From the NCBI GenBank assembly GCA_002418945.1, contig DIFC01000013.1, forward strand, positions 1 to 64,000: a DNA stretch of 64,000 nucleotides, given 5' to 3'. Source of the stretch: Deltaproteobacteria bacterium UBA5758 (GTDB taxonomy: Bacteria; Desulfobacterota; Syntrophorhabdia; Syntrophorhabdales; Syntrophorhabdaceae). The notes beneath the pieces are model-generated. The model saw nothing but the letters and a program-made list of their open reading frames with translations. It was not told the origin of the DNA and did not search any database. The position numbers and the translations under genes are program-made. The stretch's first letter is position 1, and every line of letters begins with the position of its first letter. Shown piece by piece: positions 37,853 through 47,634 of the stretch.

Positions 37853-39229
37853 TTATTTATGGCTGCTGAGCATCAAGGGAATAAGGTCGCAAACATTTTC
37901 AGCCTTCTCAAGCGTATCAACAAAAAGGGTGATCTTTTCCAGGTTGTCTTCCGGAACAGGTTTGCCTCCGTAATGCGCCGCTTCCTTGAAGCGTTTTATA
38001 ATCTTCTCTTTTGACAGCGGGTTTCCGGGGAAGCCGCTGGGGATGGGTATCGATATGTGATATGTATCCCCTTGTGTGGTCGCCACATCCATGTCAGCCC
38101 TCAGGCTCAGCCCTTGCCTTCCGCCTTCAAGGGAAGGATCAGGGGCAACGTGGATCTTTTTGACCAGCTCGGTAATCCTGGGGTCCTTGATGTAAGATTC
38201 ATCAAAATGGTGTATTAAAGACTCCTTTCTCAGCAAGGCATTGGCAACGCAATACTGGACGCTGAATTGTGCATCCACTCTCGGGTTGTTCCCGATCTTG
38301 AACTGACCGCCTACCATGTGGTGCGCATAAGGGGTTATTCTGACATTGATCCCGGCCACATTCTCCGGCGTAAGACCCTGTTCGTCCATCAAACCAAGGA
38401 TGGCATCGGTGCTGGATATGGTGTTTCCGCAACTGGGATAGATCTTGAAGGAAACCTTGTCAAGCTGAAACGTTTCCCCCAGTCCAGCCGTTATAGCCTG
38501 AGGATCATATTTATCCCCTGCATAGAGATGGAAGTATCCGTAAACACCCTCTAAAAAGTTCTTCGGGCCCGTAATCCCCTTTTGCGCCATTTGAATGCAC
38601 GATATAGCCGCTTGAGAGATCAGACCCTGCCCCACTCTTACCGCTGTTGTTCCATCGACGATGCTCTGGAAGGTCTGTATCGGTCTGTTGAAGCCCAGGG
38701 CTAAGGCGCTCCACATTTGCTCCGGATTAAGACGGAGTATTTTGCCTCCCGCGGCAATGGAGGCAAAAATACCGCAAACCCCGCTGGGATCGAAGCCATT
38801 ATACGTTGAGGCGGAATTGATCCTGATGGCCATGTCAAATCCTAAGACAAGACCGGCCAGGAATTCCTTTCCGCTGCAGCCGCCGGCCAATTCAGCGGCT
38901 GCGAGAGCTACCGGAAGCGCAGAGCCGCCGATATGCATGCCCGGCGGCATGTGATCGTCAATATCCAGGGCGCGGGCCATGGTGGAGTTGACAAGGGCAG
39001 CGTTGTGCGCCGGCATCCTGTCTCCGTAGATCAGAACGGTTGCCTCTTCTTTTCCTCCCCACTCCTTCGCCATGTTGAGCACTGTCCCGCATCCTTCAGA
39101 TGTTGCTCCGCCGACGATGGCGCCTAGATTGTTCATTATCATGTCTTTTATCACACCGACCGGCTCCTGTGGGATATCTTCAAGTCTGCCGTCCAGAATA
39201 AAATCTACAAACTGTTTTTCCAGTACCAT
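37853..39229 (-). CDS. MmgE/PrpD family protein
   Basis: AALVNSTMARALDIDD, H in GMHIG, GITGP..FLEG, KIYPSC, AQFSVQY, GFPGNP. Confidence 0.88.
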   Translation of the reverse strand: MVLEKQFVDFILDGRLEDIPQEPVGVIKDMIMNNLGAIVGGATSEGCGTVLNMAKEWGGKEEATVLIYGDRMPAHNAALVNSTMARALDIDDHMPPGMHIGGSALPVALAAAELAGGCSGKEFLAGLVLGFDMAIRINSASTYNGFDPSGVCGIFASIAAGGKILRLNPEQMWSALALGFNRPIQTFQSIVDGTTAVRVGQGLISQAAISCIQMAQKGITGPKNFLEGVYGYFHLYAGDKYDPQAITAGLGETFQLDKVSFKIYPSCGNTISSTDAILGLMDEQGLTPENVAGINVRITPYAHHMVGGQFKIGNNPRVDAQFSVQYCVANALLRKESLIHHFDESYIKDPRITELVKKIHVAPDPSLEGGRQGLSLRADMDVATTQGDTYHISIPIPSGFPGNPLSKEKIIKRFKEAAHYGGKPVPEDNLEKITLFVDTLEKAENVCDLIPLMLSSHK

Positions 39230-39277
39230 TTCTCTTACCTCTATCCATATATGCGCACCTTAAGCACAATCGGGCCC

Positions 39278-40948
39278 TTACACTGATATCGGCTTTGGTT
39301 TGTACTCACCGAAAACATCCTTCAGCACCCTGGTTATCTCTCCGATGGTGGCGTAGTTCCTGACCGCATCCTGCAGAAAGGGCATCAGATTCTCAGTGCC
39401 CTGGGCCGCCTTTCTCAGCGCCTCCAGTGACGACCGGACAGCGGCGCTATCCCGCTCTGCCCTCAATTTCTTTAAGTCCTTTCTCCGTATCTCCAGGAGC
39501 TGCGGGTTCGGCTTGTGCATCTCATAATGTATATCCTCTTCAACGCAGAATTTATTCAGCCCGACGCGGACCTGTCTTCCGTCTTCCAGCGCCTTTTGCT
39601 TGAGGTAGGCGGAGCGGCTTATCTCTTTCTTCAGCCAGCCTGACCGTATCACCTCCATCATCCCGCCCTGGGCCTCTATCTTGTTGATAAAATCGAGCAT
39701 CTCTTTTTCGATCCGGTCCGTCAATGTTTCTACATAGTAAGAGCCGCCGAGGGGGTCAACGGTATCGCAAACCCCTGATTCGTAGGCAATGATCTGCTGG
39801 GCCCTCAGGGACATGGTAACGGCCTTCTTCGTCGGTATCGTCAGCGCCTCGTCATAGGAGCACGGCGCTATGACGGTACAGCCTCCCATGGCTGCCGCAA
39901 GGATCTCCATCGCGATCCGGATGATGTTGATCTCCGCCTGCTGGGCGGTCAGCACCGAGCCTCCGGTATTGGGGTCGATGACGCACCGCATTGCCTTGGG
40001 GTTCGCCGGATTATACCGTTCCTTGATCAATCTGGCCCAGAGCCTCCGCATGGCGCGGCTCTTGGCCGCCTCCTCGAAGAGATGGGTGTGAATCGCGGGG
40101 TGTTGTGAGATACGCGCCGCGAACTCCCCGACATCGATGGTGCCCCGCTTGCGGCCCTCCTCTACATAGAAGAGCGCCGTGGCGAGGGAATAGGCCCCGT
40201 CCTGGACCACCGTGGAGCCCTGTTCGTGGATCGTGTAGGAGTTGATCTGATAGGTCAGGTTGGGGATATGCTTCAGGCCGTACTCGACGAGGTCGAGGCT
40301 CAGCCGGAGGCTGTGCTCGGGGGGAAAGATGTAGGTTCCCCTGCCGAGGTACTCGTCCATCACGTCAGGCTTGGCATCGCCCATCATCTTGTTGACAGGG
40401 AAGCCCTTCTTCTCTGCCGCCACGGTATACATGGCCCAGAGGGGAAGCACCAGCGAGCTTGTCGACCCCCGTATGGTCACCCTGTCCAGCGGGATATCGG
40501 CAAGCAGGTCCTCCACGTCCTTCAGCGAGGAGAGCGATACCCCGATAAGGCCGACCTCGGCCTCCACGAGGGGATCGTCGGCGTCATACCCGAGCTGCGT
40601 GGGGATGTCACAGGCAACGGCCATATGCGTGTTGCCATGGGCGAGGAGGTGCTTGTGGCGCTCGGCGGTCTCCTTCGCCGTGCCGAATCCCGCATAGTCT
40701 GACATGGGCCAGATCCTGCTGCGGTACATTGTGGGGGTGATGCCCCTGACGTAAGGATACTCCCCGGGGAAACCGATATCTCTCAGGTACTCCGAATCGG
40801 CCCTGTCCACGGGCGTATAGAGGGTCTTTGCCGGTATCTCGGTGAAGATGTCCCTCTCGGGATTCTCCTTTACATACTCCTTCAGGCTGCCCTCTTCCCA
40901 TTCTTTCTGCTTTGCTGGTATCTCTGATATCTTATCGTTCGGCATCAT
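39278..40948 (-). CDS. B12-dependent acyl-CoA mutase, large (substrate-binding) subunit, divergent
   Basis: PGEYPYVRG, YAGFGT, DIPTQLGYD, FEEAAKSRAMRRLW, LTAQQ, YDEAL, DPLGGSYYVE, ATIGEI; no B12 domain. Confidence 0.9.
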   Translation of the reverse strand: MMPNDKISEIPAKQKEWEEGSLKEYVKENPERDIFTEIPAKTLYTPVDRADSEYLRDIGFPGEYPYVRGITPTMYRSRIWPMSDYAGFGTAKETAERHKHLLAHGNTHMAVACDIPTQLGYDADDPLVEAEVGLIGVSLSSLKDVEDLLADIPLDRVTIRGSTSSLVLPLWAMYTVAAEKKGFPVNKMMGDAKPDVMDEYLGRGTYIFPPEHSLRLSLDLVEYGLKHIPNLTYQINSYTIHEQGSTVVQDGAYSLATALFYVEEGRKRGTIDVGEFAARISQHPAIHTHLFEEAAKSRAMRRLWARLIKERYNPANPKAMRCVIDPNTGGSVLTAQQAEINIIRIAMEILAAAMGGCTVIAPCSYDEALTIPTKKAVTMSLRAQQIIAYESGVCDTVDPLGGSYYVETLTDRIEKEMLDFINKIEAQGGMMEVIRSGWLKKEISRSAYLKQKALEDGRQVRVGLNKFCVEEDIHYEMHKPNPQLLEIRRKDLKKLRAERDSAAVRSSLEALRKAAQGTENLMPFLQDAVRNYATIGEITRVLKDVFGEYKPKPISV

Positions 40949-40962
40949 CTGCCCCCTAATGC

Positions 40963-41727
40963 TTAACGCTCTTTTGCCTTATGATGATGTTCGTTCCGGC
41001 GGTTTTCGAGCTCACGATAGAGGTCGTCTATCCCGATATTATTGAATGCCTGTGTCTGTATGACAGGCGGCGCTGATTTTCTCGTGCTCAGGGCCAAGAT
41101 CTCCCTGATGCTGTCTGCCAGTCCATCTCCACCCAAGTCTGCTTTGTTGATGACGATGATATCGGCAACCTCCAGCACCCCTGCCTTCATTAACTGCATG
41201 CTGTCTCCCCAGCCGGGCGCAAGTACAAGCAAGGTGGTATCTACTATTTTGGTGATGTCTATTCCCTCCTGACCTATCCCCACGGTCTCAATCACAACAA
41301 CATCTTTGCCGGAGGCGTCGAATATATCTACAGCAGCGCCGACTGCCTTAGAAATCCCGCCGTAGCTGCCCCTGCTTGCCATACTTCGAATAAATACCCC
41401 GTCATCTGAATAGTGCTGCTCCATCCTTATCCTGTCCCCCAATACCGCACCACCGGTAATTGGGCTGCTCGGGTCAACGCAGATTACCCCGACCGTCAGG
41501 CCTTTGCTTCTCATAGCGGCGACAAGCTTATCTATCAAGGTGCTTTTCCCGCTGCCCGGAGATCCGGTTATACCTATGCGGTAAGCCCTACCCAGCTTTG
41601 AAGAAACGGCCTCGAGTATCCTGGAAACGCTTGCATCATCATTTTCGACCATCGTTAAAAGACAGCCAAGCGAGCTCTCGTCGCCGGAAAACGCGCCGGC
41701 TATAAGTTTATCGACATCCTGTTTCAC
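40963..41727 (-). CDS. meaB: MeaB/ArgK GTPase, mutase chaperone
   Basis: GSPGSGKST, VDPSSP..GGAVLGDRIRM, ETVGIGQ, KAGVLEVAD, NKAD. Confidence 0.92.
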   Translation of the reverse strand: MKQDVDKLIAGAFSGDESSLGCLLTMVENDDASVSRILEAVSSKLGRAYRIGITGSPGSGKSTLIDKLVAAMRSKGLTVGVICVDPSSPITGGAVLGDRIRMEQHYSDDGVFIRSMASRGSYGGISKAVGAAVDIFDASGKDVVVIETVGIGQEGIDITKIVDTTLLVLAPGWGDSMQLMKAGVLEVADIIVINKADLGGDGLADSIREILALSTRKSAPPVIQTQAFNNIGIDDLYRELENRRNEHHHKAKER

Positions 41728-42128
41728 GAATCTTCACCCTTTATGTTCTTTCTGATGAAATCTGCGATCTCCGATATTGGGGTGCCGGGTCCGAAGATCT
41801 CTTTTATCCCCTTTTCCTTTAAGCTTTTCCTGTCCTCGTTGGGGATTATACCGCCGGCAAGAACCAGCACGTGCCCCATTCCATTCTCTTTCAGCAGGTC
41901 TATTATCTTTGGGAAATAATAGTTGTGACCCCCGGAGAGCAGGCTCAATCCAAGTACGTCAACATATTCCTGGCTGCACGTCCTTACAATATTCTCTGCG
42001 GTTTGTCTCAACCCCGTATAAATGACCTCCATGCCTTCATCGCGCAAGCCCATGGCGAGGGTGATCGCTCCTCTGTCGTGGCCGTCCAACCCCGGCTTCG
42101 CTATCAATACCTTTATCGGCTTACTCAT
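41724..42128 (-). CDS. Acyl-CoA mutase small subunit (cobalamin-binding)
   Basis: KPGLDGHDRG (DxHxxG), SLLSG, GGIIP, IFGPGT. Confidence 0.93.
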   Translation of the reverse strand: MSKPIKVLIAKPGLDGHDRGAITLAMGLRDEGMEVIYTGLRQTAENIVRTCSQEYVDVLGLSLLSGGHNYYFPKIIDLLKENGMGHVLVLAGGIIPNEDRKSLKEKGIKEIFGPGTPISEIADFIRKNIKGEDS

Positions 42129-42197
42129 CTCAATATACCTCCTTTTCTCTTCAGCTCATTTTTTTCCGATATTATTAAGAAACAGTACCTTCCTCTC

Positions 42198-43502
42198 TTA
42201 ATAGGACATGTATTTAGGCAAAAATGTCACAATCTGCGGGAAAAACATAATTATTAAAGCGCAAATCCACATTCCTATAATGAAAGGCCATACCCCCCTG
42301 AAGATCTTTTCCAGAGGGATCTCAGGGAAGACCCCCTTTATCACATACACGTTGACCCCTACAGGGGGGGTGATCACACCCATCTCGGCAACGAGTACTA
42401 TCATTACGCCAAACCATATGGGATCAAAACCTAAACGCTGTATTACCGGATACAATACAGGGACTGTAAGGACAACGAGGGCAAATGAATCCATAAAACA
42501 GCCGCCGATCAGGTAACCGAAGACTATCATGATCATAATGATGATCGGATGCAGGGCCAGTTCGCCCAGCCATTCCGATAGGATAAAGGGGACACGGGTA
42601 ACAGCCATAAAATGACCGAATATGGTGGCGCAGGTAAGAATGAGGAAGATCATGGCTGAGATCTTGGCCGTTTCCGCAAAGCCGGTCAACAGATCCTTCC
42701 ATTTCAGCTGACGCCTGGCCAAACCGATGATCAGCGCCCCTGCCGCCCCGGCAGCACCTGCTTCCGTGGGGGTAAAAAAACCGATCAAGATGCCGCCCAT
42801 AATGAATACAAAAAGGATCAATACCTCGGTTATGCCAAGAAGAGAGCGCATCTTTTCTTTGAGGGTGGTCTTTTCCCCTGGAGGGCCAAGGCGCGGATTT
42901 CTGCGGCACATAATATATACTGTAAGGGCAAAAATAGTGGCAAGCATGATTCCCGGAATGATCCCGGCGATGAATAGCTTCCCTATGGACTCTTCGGTCA
43001 ACACGCCGTAGATAATGAGAACGGTGCTGGGAGGGATCATGATGGCCAACGATCCTGCGCTGGCAACGCTGGCGGTCGCCATAGACACGTCATAATCATG
43101 CTTTATCATCTCCGGCACTGTTACTTTCGACATGGTCGCTGCCCCGGCATTCGTCGAGCCGCAGCAAGCGCCAAAGGCAGCGCAGGCATAGCAGGTTGCG
43201 ACAGCCAGACCGCCGGGCAACTGCCCTAACCATTTGTATGCGCAATTGAAAAGACGGTGGCTTATCCCCGTGTAAGACATGATCACGCCCATGAAAACGA
43301 ACATGGGAAGAACAGTCAATGCACCGGAAGAGAAGGTCGCAAAAAAGTCCTTGCCCAGTATGGCAAATGCACCCTCCAGCGAGGTGGCAAGGGCAAAACC
43401 GGCAAACCCGACGATGCCCATGGCATAGGCTACAGGCATCCTCAGAATAAACAGAACAACGAGAACAATAATACCGACAATTGCCAAGAGATTGGGATTC
43501 AT
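42198..43502 (-). CDS. dctM: TRAP transporter large permease
   Basis: LPGGLA, GSLAIMIPPS, SIGKLFIAGIIPG, FTPTEA, DPIWFG, ITPPVG. Confidence 0.92.
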   Translation of the reverse strand: MNPNLLAIVGIIVLVVLFILRMPVAYAMGIVGFAGFALATSLEGAFAILGKDFFATFSSGALTVLPMFVFMGVIMSYTGISHRLFNCAYKWLGQLPGGLAVATCYACAAFGACCGSTNAGAATMSKVTVPEMIKHDYDVSMATASVASAGSLAIMIPPSTVLIIYGVLTEESIGKLFIAGIIPGIMLATIFALTVYIMCRRNPRLGPPGEKTTLKEKMRSLLGITEVLILFVFIMGGILIGFFTPTEAGAAGAAGALIIGLARRQLKWKDLLTGFAETAKISAMIFLILTCATIFGHFMAVTRVPFILSEWLGELALHPIIIMIMIVFGYLIGGCFMDSFALVVLTVPVLYPVIQRLGFDPIWFGVMIVLVAEMGVITPPVGVNVYVIKGVFPEIPLEKIFRGVWPFIIGMWICALIIMFFPQIVTFLPKYMSY

Positions 43503-43981
43503 CTTTTCACCTCGCCGGCTATCGATTCAACAATATCGGACACAATCAACAGGGCCATAAAGAAACAGGTAAGGGCTATTATATATACAAAGGGATAAAA
43601 AGGGATGTACACGGTCATGCTTACATCGCCTGTTTTCTGGAAGCTGTTTCCCAATACGGCTAATTGCCAGGCAACAAGGAGAAAAAAGCCCATGCTCAGC
43701 AGGCTGATGACGCCGTCGATCACCACCTGCATTCTTTTGGGTAGACGATCCATGAACATGTCTACCCTGATATGACCTTTTTGCAAGGTGCAATAGGGCA
43801 TTGCAAAGCAGACCAGTATTACCTGGATAAGACCGACGATATCGTAAACTCCCTGAATAGGCCTTCCGAAACTGCGGAATATAAATTCCGTTACGGTTAT
43901 AACCACCGTAATGAATATGCCTGTATACGCTATATAGTCACAAAACTTGCAAGCCTTTTCTATTTTTGTTTTTATCTGCAT
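43499..43981 (-). CDS. dctQ: TRAP transporter small permease
   Basis: Four TM segments, GHIRVD motif. Confidence 0.88.
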   Translation of the reverse strand: MQIKTKIEKACKFCDYIAYTGIFITVVITVTEFIFRSFGRPIQGVYDIVGLIQVILVCFAMPYCTLQKGHIRVDMFMDRLPKRMQVVIDGVISLLSMGFFLLVAWQLAVLGNSFQKTGDVSMTVYIPFYPFVYIIALTCFFMALLIVSDIVESIAGEVKR

Positions 43982-44046
43982 ACTGCATCTCCGGCTTTGG
44001 GATTTTATAAGGGATGCCTTCAGAAAGGCATCCCTTATATATTATC

Positions 44047-45117
44047 TCACGGTTTCCAGGGCTTATATTCCTGTTTGTTGTATTTTTCCGCGATCTTCCC
44101 TGCGTCTTCAACGATCTGTTTCCCGGGAAAACCTTTGGAATTGAGTAGTGTGATATACTGTTCCTTGACCGGTTCTATAAGCTTCTTTAATTTTGCCATC
44201 TCTTCGTCAGGCAGATAAAGGAACTCATGTCCCCCTGGCTGTTTTTTTGCATATTCCATTGCCAGTTTTTGTTCACGTTCCCAGAATTGGCCTGCCTCTT
44301 CCACTCCAGCTGCTGAAACGGCGTCAAAGGCCTCCTGGAGATCCTTTGGCAATGAGTCCCATACAGATTTATTCATGATAAATACCATGAACTCCGAGTA
44401 GAAGATCGGGAAGAATGTAGAATATTTAAAGACTTCTGCATGCTTATGGTTCTTGAGCGTCTCAGGGGGAGAAACAAGCCCGTCTATGGTTCCCTTTTTT
44501 GCAGCGAGATAAACATCAGGCATCGCCATAGCCACCGGTTGTGCTCCCACTGCCTTTGCGCCAAGGGCGCCTGCCCCTGTAACCCTGAGCCTCATACCCT
44601 TCAGGTCGTCGGCCTTGCGAATAGGCTTGTTGGAGTGGACCCATCCCGGTCCTGTGCCGTAGGTAAGCAGCAATTTTACATCGTCAAATTCTTTCGGTTT
44701 GTATTTATTGACGAATTCCCACGCTGTAAGGCTTGCAGCAATACAGTTCTTTATCGGGGCAATCCCGGACTGGCTCAACGTTAAGAAGACCGGAAGGCGG
44801 CCTGGTATATATCCGGCGGACTGTATGGCGCTATCGGCAACCCGCTTGACCACTCCATCATAGTTGTCAGCCCCCTTGAGAAGGCTCTCACCGGGAAAGA
44901 GCTTTATGTCCAGCACATATTTACCTTTCGCGGCCTTTTCCACCATTTTGAAGTACCGGGGATACTGATCCGTATGGATAAACGCGGTACCGCCAAAATG
45001 GCTTGCCATGCTCAGGGTTATCTTTTGCTGGGCATGTACGGCCGGCACGACGGACAAATAAAAAAACAGTGCTACAAAAACGACAACAAACATATTCAAG
45101 ACAGATAATTTTTTCAT
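44047..45117 (-). CDS. dctP: TRAP transporter substrate-binding protein
   Basis: Signal peptide, DLKGMRLRV, GTIDG, MNKSVWDSLPKDLQ. Confidence 0.9.
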   Translation of the reverse strand: MKKLSVLNMFVVVFVALFFYLSVVPAVHAQQKITLSMASHFGGTAFIHTDQYPRYFKMVEKAAKGKYVLDIKLFPGESLLKGADNYDGVVKRVADSAIQSAGYIPGRLPVFLTLSQSGIAPIKNCIAASLTAWEFVNKYKPKEFDDVKLLLTYGTGPGWVHSNKPIRKADDLKGMRLRVTGAGALGAKAVGAQPVAMAMPDVYLAAKKGTIDGLVSPPETLKNHKHAEVFKYSTFFPIFYSEFMVFIMNKSVWDSLPKDLQEAFDAVSAAGVEEAGQFWEREQKLAMEYAKKQPGGHEFLYLPDEEMAKLKKLIEPVKEQYITLLNSKGFPGKQIVEDAGKIAEKYNKQEYKPWKP

Positions 45118-45259
45118 TGTTCCCCTCCTTTTCTAATGTTCTCACGAAAACATTTTTCTTTATTCCACATTTTTATTGGCCTGTCCTTCAACATACGCTG
45201 ACCTCCCACACCTCCTTTCGCACTTTTGTATTGCCTCTCTGTTTCTTTAACTGCAACCC

Positions 45260-45661
45260 TCATCCAATCTCTATAAAACCTTCATCTCCGTTTACCGTAA
45301 CCATATCCCCATCCTTAATATATGCAAAAGGGTCCTGTTCGGGCCGGTGGACCATGGGCGTGCCGGTGATCACCGCGCTTACCGCCACCACTCCTTCTGC
45401 CTGAAGATTGATAATGCCCCTGGGGGCATTGCCCCGTTTATACGTTGCATAGTATTGCCATGAACCGGTTGTCGAACCTTTTCCGACGGGGAAAATAAGA
45501 ATCTTTCCGGCAATACTTTTGCCCTCAAGATCATGACCAGGCTCCCTGACCTTGCCTGTATTGGGATCTACCCCTCCTGTAAAAGATATCGGCATACGGG
45601 ATATGATCGCCTCACCGCTCGCAATGCCTTTTACGATAGTCTTCGCTTTGATTTTCATCAT
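45260..45661 (-). CDS. Aconitase X small (swivel) subunit, DUF126
   Basis: ISFTGGVDP, GKGSTTGS, DGDMVTVNG; ATGA overlap with the large subunit. Confidence 0.88.
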   Translation of the reverse strand: MMKIKAKTIVKGIASGEAIISRMPISFTGGVDPNTGKVREPGHDLEGKSIAGKILIFPVGKGSTTGSWQYYATYKRGNAPRGIINLQAEGVVAVSAVITGTPMVHRPEQDPFAYIKDGDMVTVNGDEGFIEIG

Positions 45662-46917
45662 TGGCGTCCCCTCCATGTGCCTGCTATTGCTGTTTCGACA
45701 CATTCTTTGGTTGAACCGAACCAGGTTTCCATCCCGGTAACGTTATGCGAATAATAACTGGCCCTCGCCGAGTTCACCGCTATAACCCTTACGCCTTGTT
45801 TCGGAAGGTAGAGATAGGGGCCGCATGCCGCGCCGATATCGGCCACAATCCGGCCACCAGCCGCGCTGATCTTTTCCCAGTAGCCCATCCTTTTGCAGAG
45901 GGTCTTCACCCAGCCTGATGTGCAGAACCATAATTGCGTTTCCGGGTGGACCTTCCTGCCCTCCAGAAGGTCGACCGCTTCTCCTATCTCCTGTATGGTG
46001 CATTGCGGGCAGCCAAAGATCACCAGATCCACCTTTTGGTCGGTAGCGGTCGAGATCTCTCTATATGCCTTATCTACATCCTCCTGTGTAAGCGACAGGT
46101 GCTCCAGAGAACCGATATCACTGGTTCCGCAGGCAGCTTCAACGGTCGGGGCCTCAGGGGTAATCCCGACAAAATGTACAAGGCCCACTGCTCCCGTCAC
46201 GGTGAGGCTGTAAAGGATTGCCTTGATATTCTGGATGACGGTTTCAGGCTGCAGATCAATAAATACCGGTATTTTGTCGCGAACCTTCTTGCCGATATGC
46301 CACGCCATAGCCTGAAATTCTGAATGGTCATATTCCGATATATTCAGGTTGCCGGTCTTTACGATAACCTGCCCCTTTCTATTGCTGCTCAGGTGAAGGC
46401 CGTATTCCGGAATGACCCCCGTAATGGCTGCAGATATGACCGTATGGTCTCCGTCCCGGTTCGATCGCGCTCCTATTACAGAGTTCGCAAAGGCCCCGCT
46501 CCCTGATGAGGCCCAGGCGATATGATCGCCGAATTTGGGCGAATTGCCTGCCAGATAATGGTGGCATGAATAGAGCAGGGTAATACCGAGGTCCTTCAAT
46601 ACATTGTTGATCCTGTTCTGTTTCTCCTGCAGCTCTTCAGGAACATTGAATTCCCTCCAGTCTTCGAAATCGTACATTTCCGGATTTTTGGTGGTGAAGA
46701 CCTTTACCCTGGACCCGCCACGGGCAAGCTCCTCCAGCCAGTCAATGCCTTCGGTCTCCATAACAGAATAATTGCCGGCCATGTGGACGCTGGTAACGGG
46801 GATCATCTTTGCCGCGTCATTGCACTCCCCGACTGCCACAAGTATTTCCATGCACTTTTTTAATCCGGCGCCGCATTTCCCCGACAACATCTCTTCTTCA
46901 CGTTTTTGCAGCTCCAT
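45658..46917 (-). CDS. Aconitase X large (catalytic) subunit, DUF521
   Basis: EEEMLSG..G, ANSVIGARSNR, YGLH, GITPEA, GCPQC, NSARA. Confidence 0.85.
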   Translation of the reverse strand: MELQKREEEMLSGKCGAGLKKCMEILVAVGECNDAAKMIPVTSVHMAGNYSVMETEGIDWLEELARGGSRVKVFTTKNPEMYDFEDWREFNVPEELQEKQNRINNVLKDLGITLLYSCHHYLAGNSPKFGDHIAWASSGSGAFANSVIGARSNRDGDHTVISAAITGVIPEYGLHLSSNRKGQVIVKTGNLNISEYDHSEFQAMAWHIGKKVRDKIPVFIDLQPETVIQNIKAILYSLTVTGAVGLVHFVGITPEAPTVEAACGTSDIGSLEHLSLTQEDVDKAYREISTATDQKVDLVIFGCPQCTIQEIGEAVDLLEGRKVHPETQLWFCTSGWVKTLCKRMGYWEKISAAGGRIVADIGAACGPYLYLPKQGVRVIAVNSARASYYSHNVTGMETWFGSTKECVETAIAGTWRGRQ

Positions 46918-46957
46918 TGTTTCTCCTTTTGCTGATCTACCTTTATCAGCAATATGT

Positions 46958-47614
46958 TTAAAAGATGATGCTCTGCAATCCGGTCACTTTTTTTTGAGCA
47001 CTTTCAAGATGCATTCGCATAAACCTTTTTGCGCTCTTTATATCCCTTTTTCTTATTGCATCAACTATCGCTTTGTGCTCTTCAGCGGAGGCCTCTGCGC
47101 CGCCGGGTATGTTTGCGAGAAGTGACCTGAGAAGCCGGAACTTATCAATAAGGCCGTTGATGGTTTCATGCAAAACTTCAGACTTTGCGGCCCTGTAAAG
47201 CATGTTATGATATTCCGTTTCACATCGGATAATTTCAGGTATATCTCCTTCTTTAATGCTTTTTTTTGTCTGATTTACAATGTTCGTCAGATCCGATATT
47301 TCGGCGTCGGTTATCTTTTCAACAACACGTGACAAGACGTAATCTTCAAGGATATGCCTGATCTCAAAATATTCCTCTACGTCTTTGGTGGTAAGGCGCC
47401 TCGCCAAAAATCCAAGGCTGTTGGTACAGGTCACAAGCTTTTCGTGTTCAAGCATCAGCAGCGCTTCTCTTACGGGCGTCCTGCTTACCTTGAGAGATTT
47501 TGCAAGCTCATTTTCGAAGATCTTCTCTCCCGGCTTAATCTCCAGGTTGATCAGTTTATCCTTGATGGCTTTATAGGCTTTGAAACGAAGGGCACTTGAT
47601 TGGTGTACTATCAT
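46958..47614 (-). CDS. GntR family regulator (FCD domain)
   Basis: VSRTPVREAL HTH; C-terminal EH..IVDAI..MRMHL. Confidence 0.92.
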   Translation of the reverse strand: MIVHQSSALRFKAYKAIKDKLINLEIKPGEKIFENELAKSLKVSRTPVREALLMLEHEKLVTCTNSLGFLARRLTTKDVEEYFEIRHILEDYVLSRVVEKITDAEISDLTNIVNQTKKSIKEGDIPEIIRCETEYHNMLYRAAKSEVLHETINGLIDKFRLLRSLLANIPGGAEASAEEHKAIVDAIRKRDIKSAKRFMRMHLESAQKKVTGLQSIIF

Positions 47615-47634
47615 GATATGGCCTTATATGATGT

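Noticed and set aside
39278..42128. Ordinary methylmalonyl-CoA mutase for propionate metabolism
   Set aside because: Active-site motifs diverge, and no epimerase or carboxylase genes are adjacent
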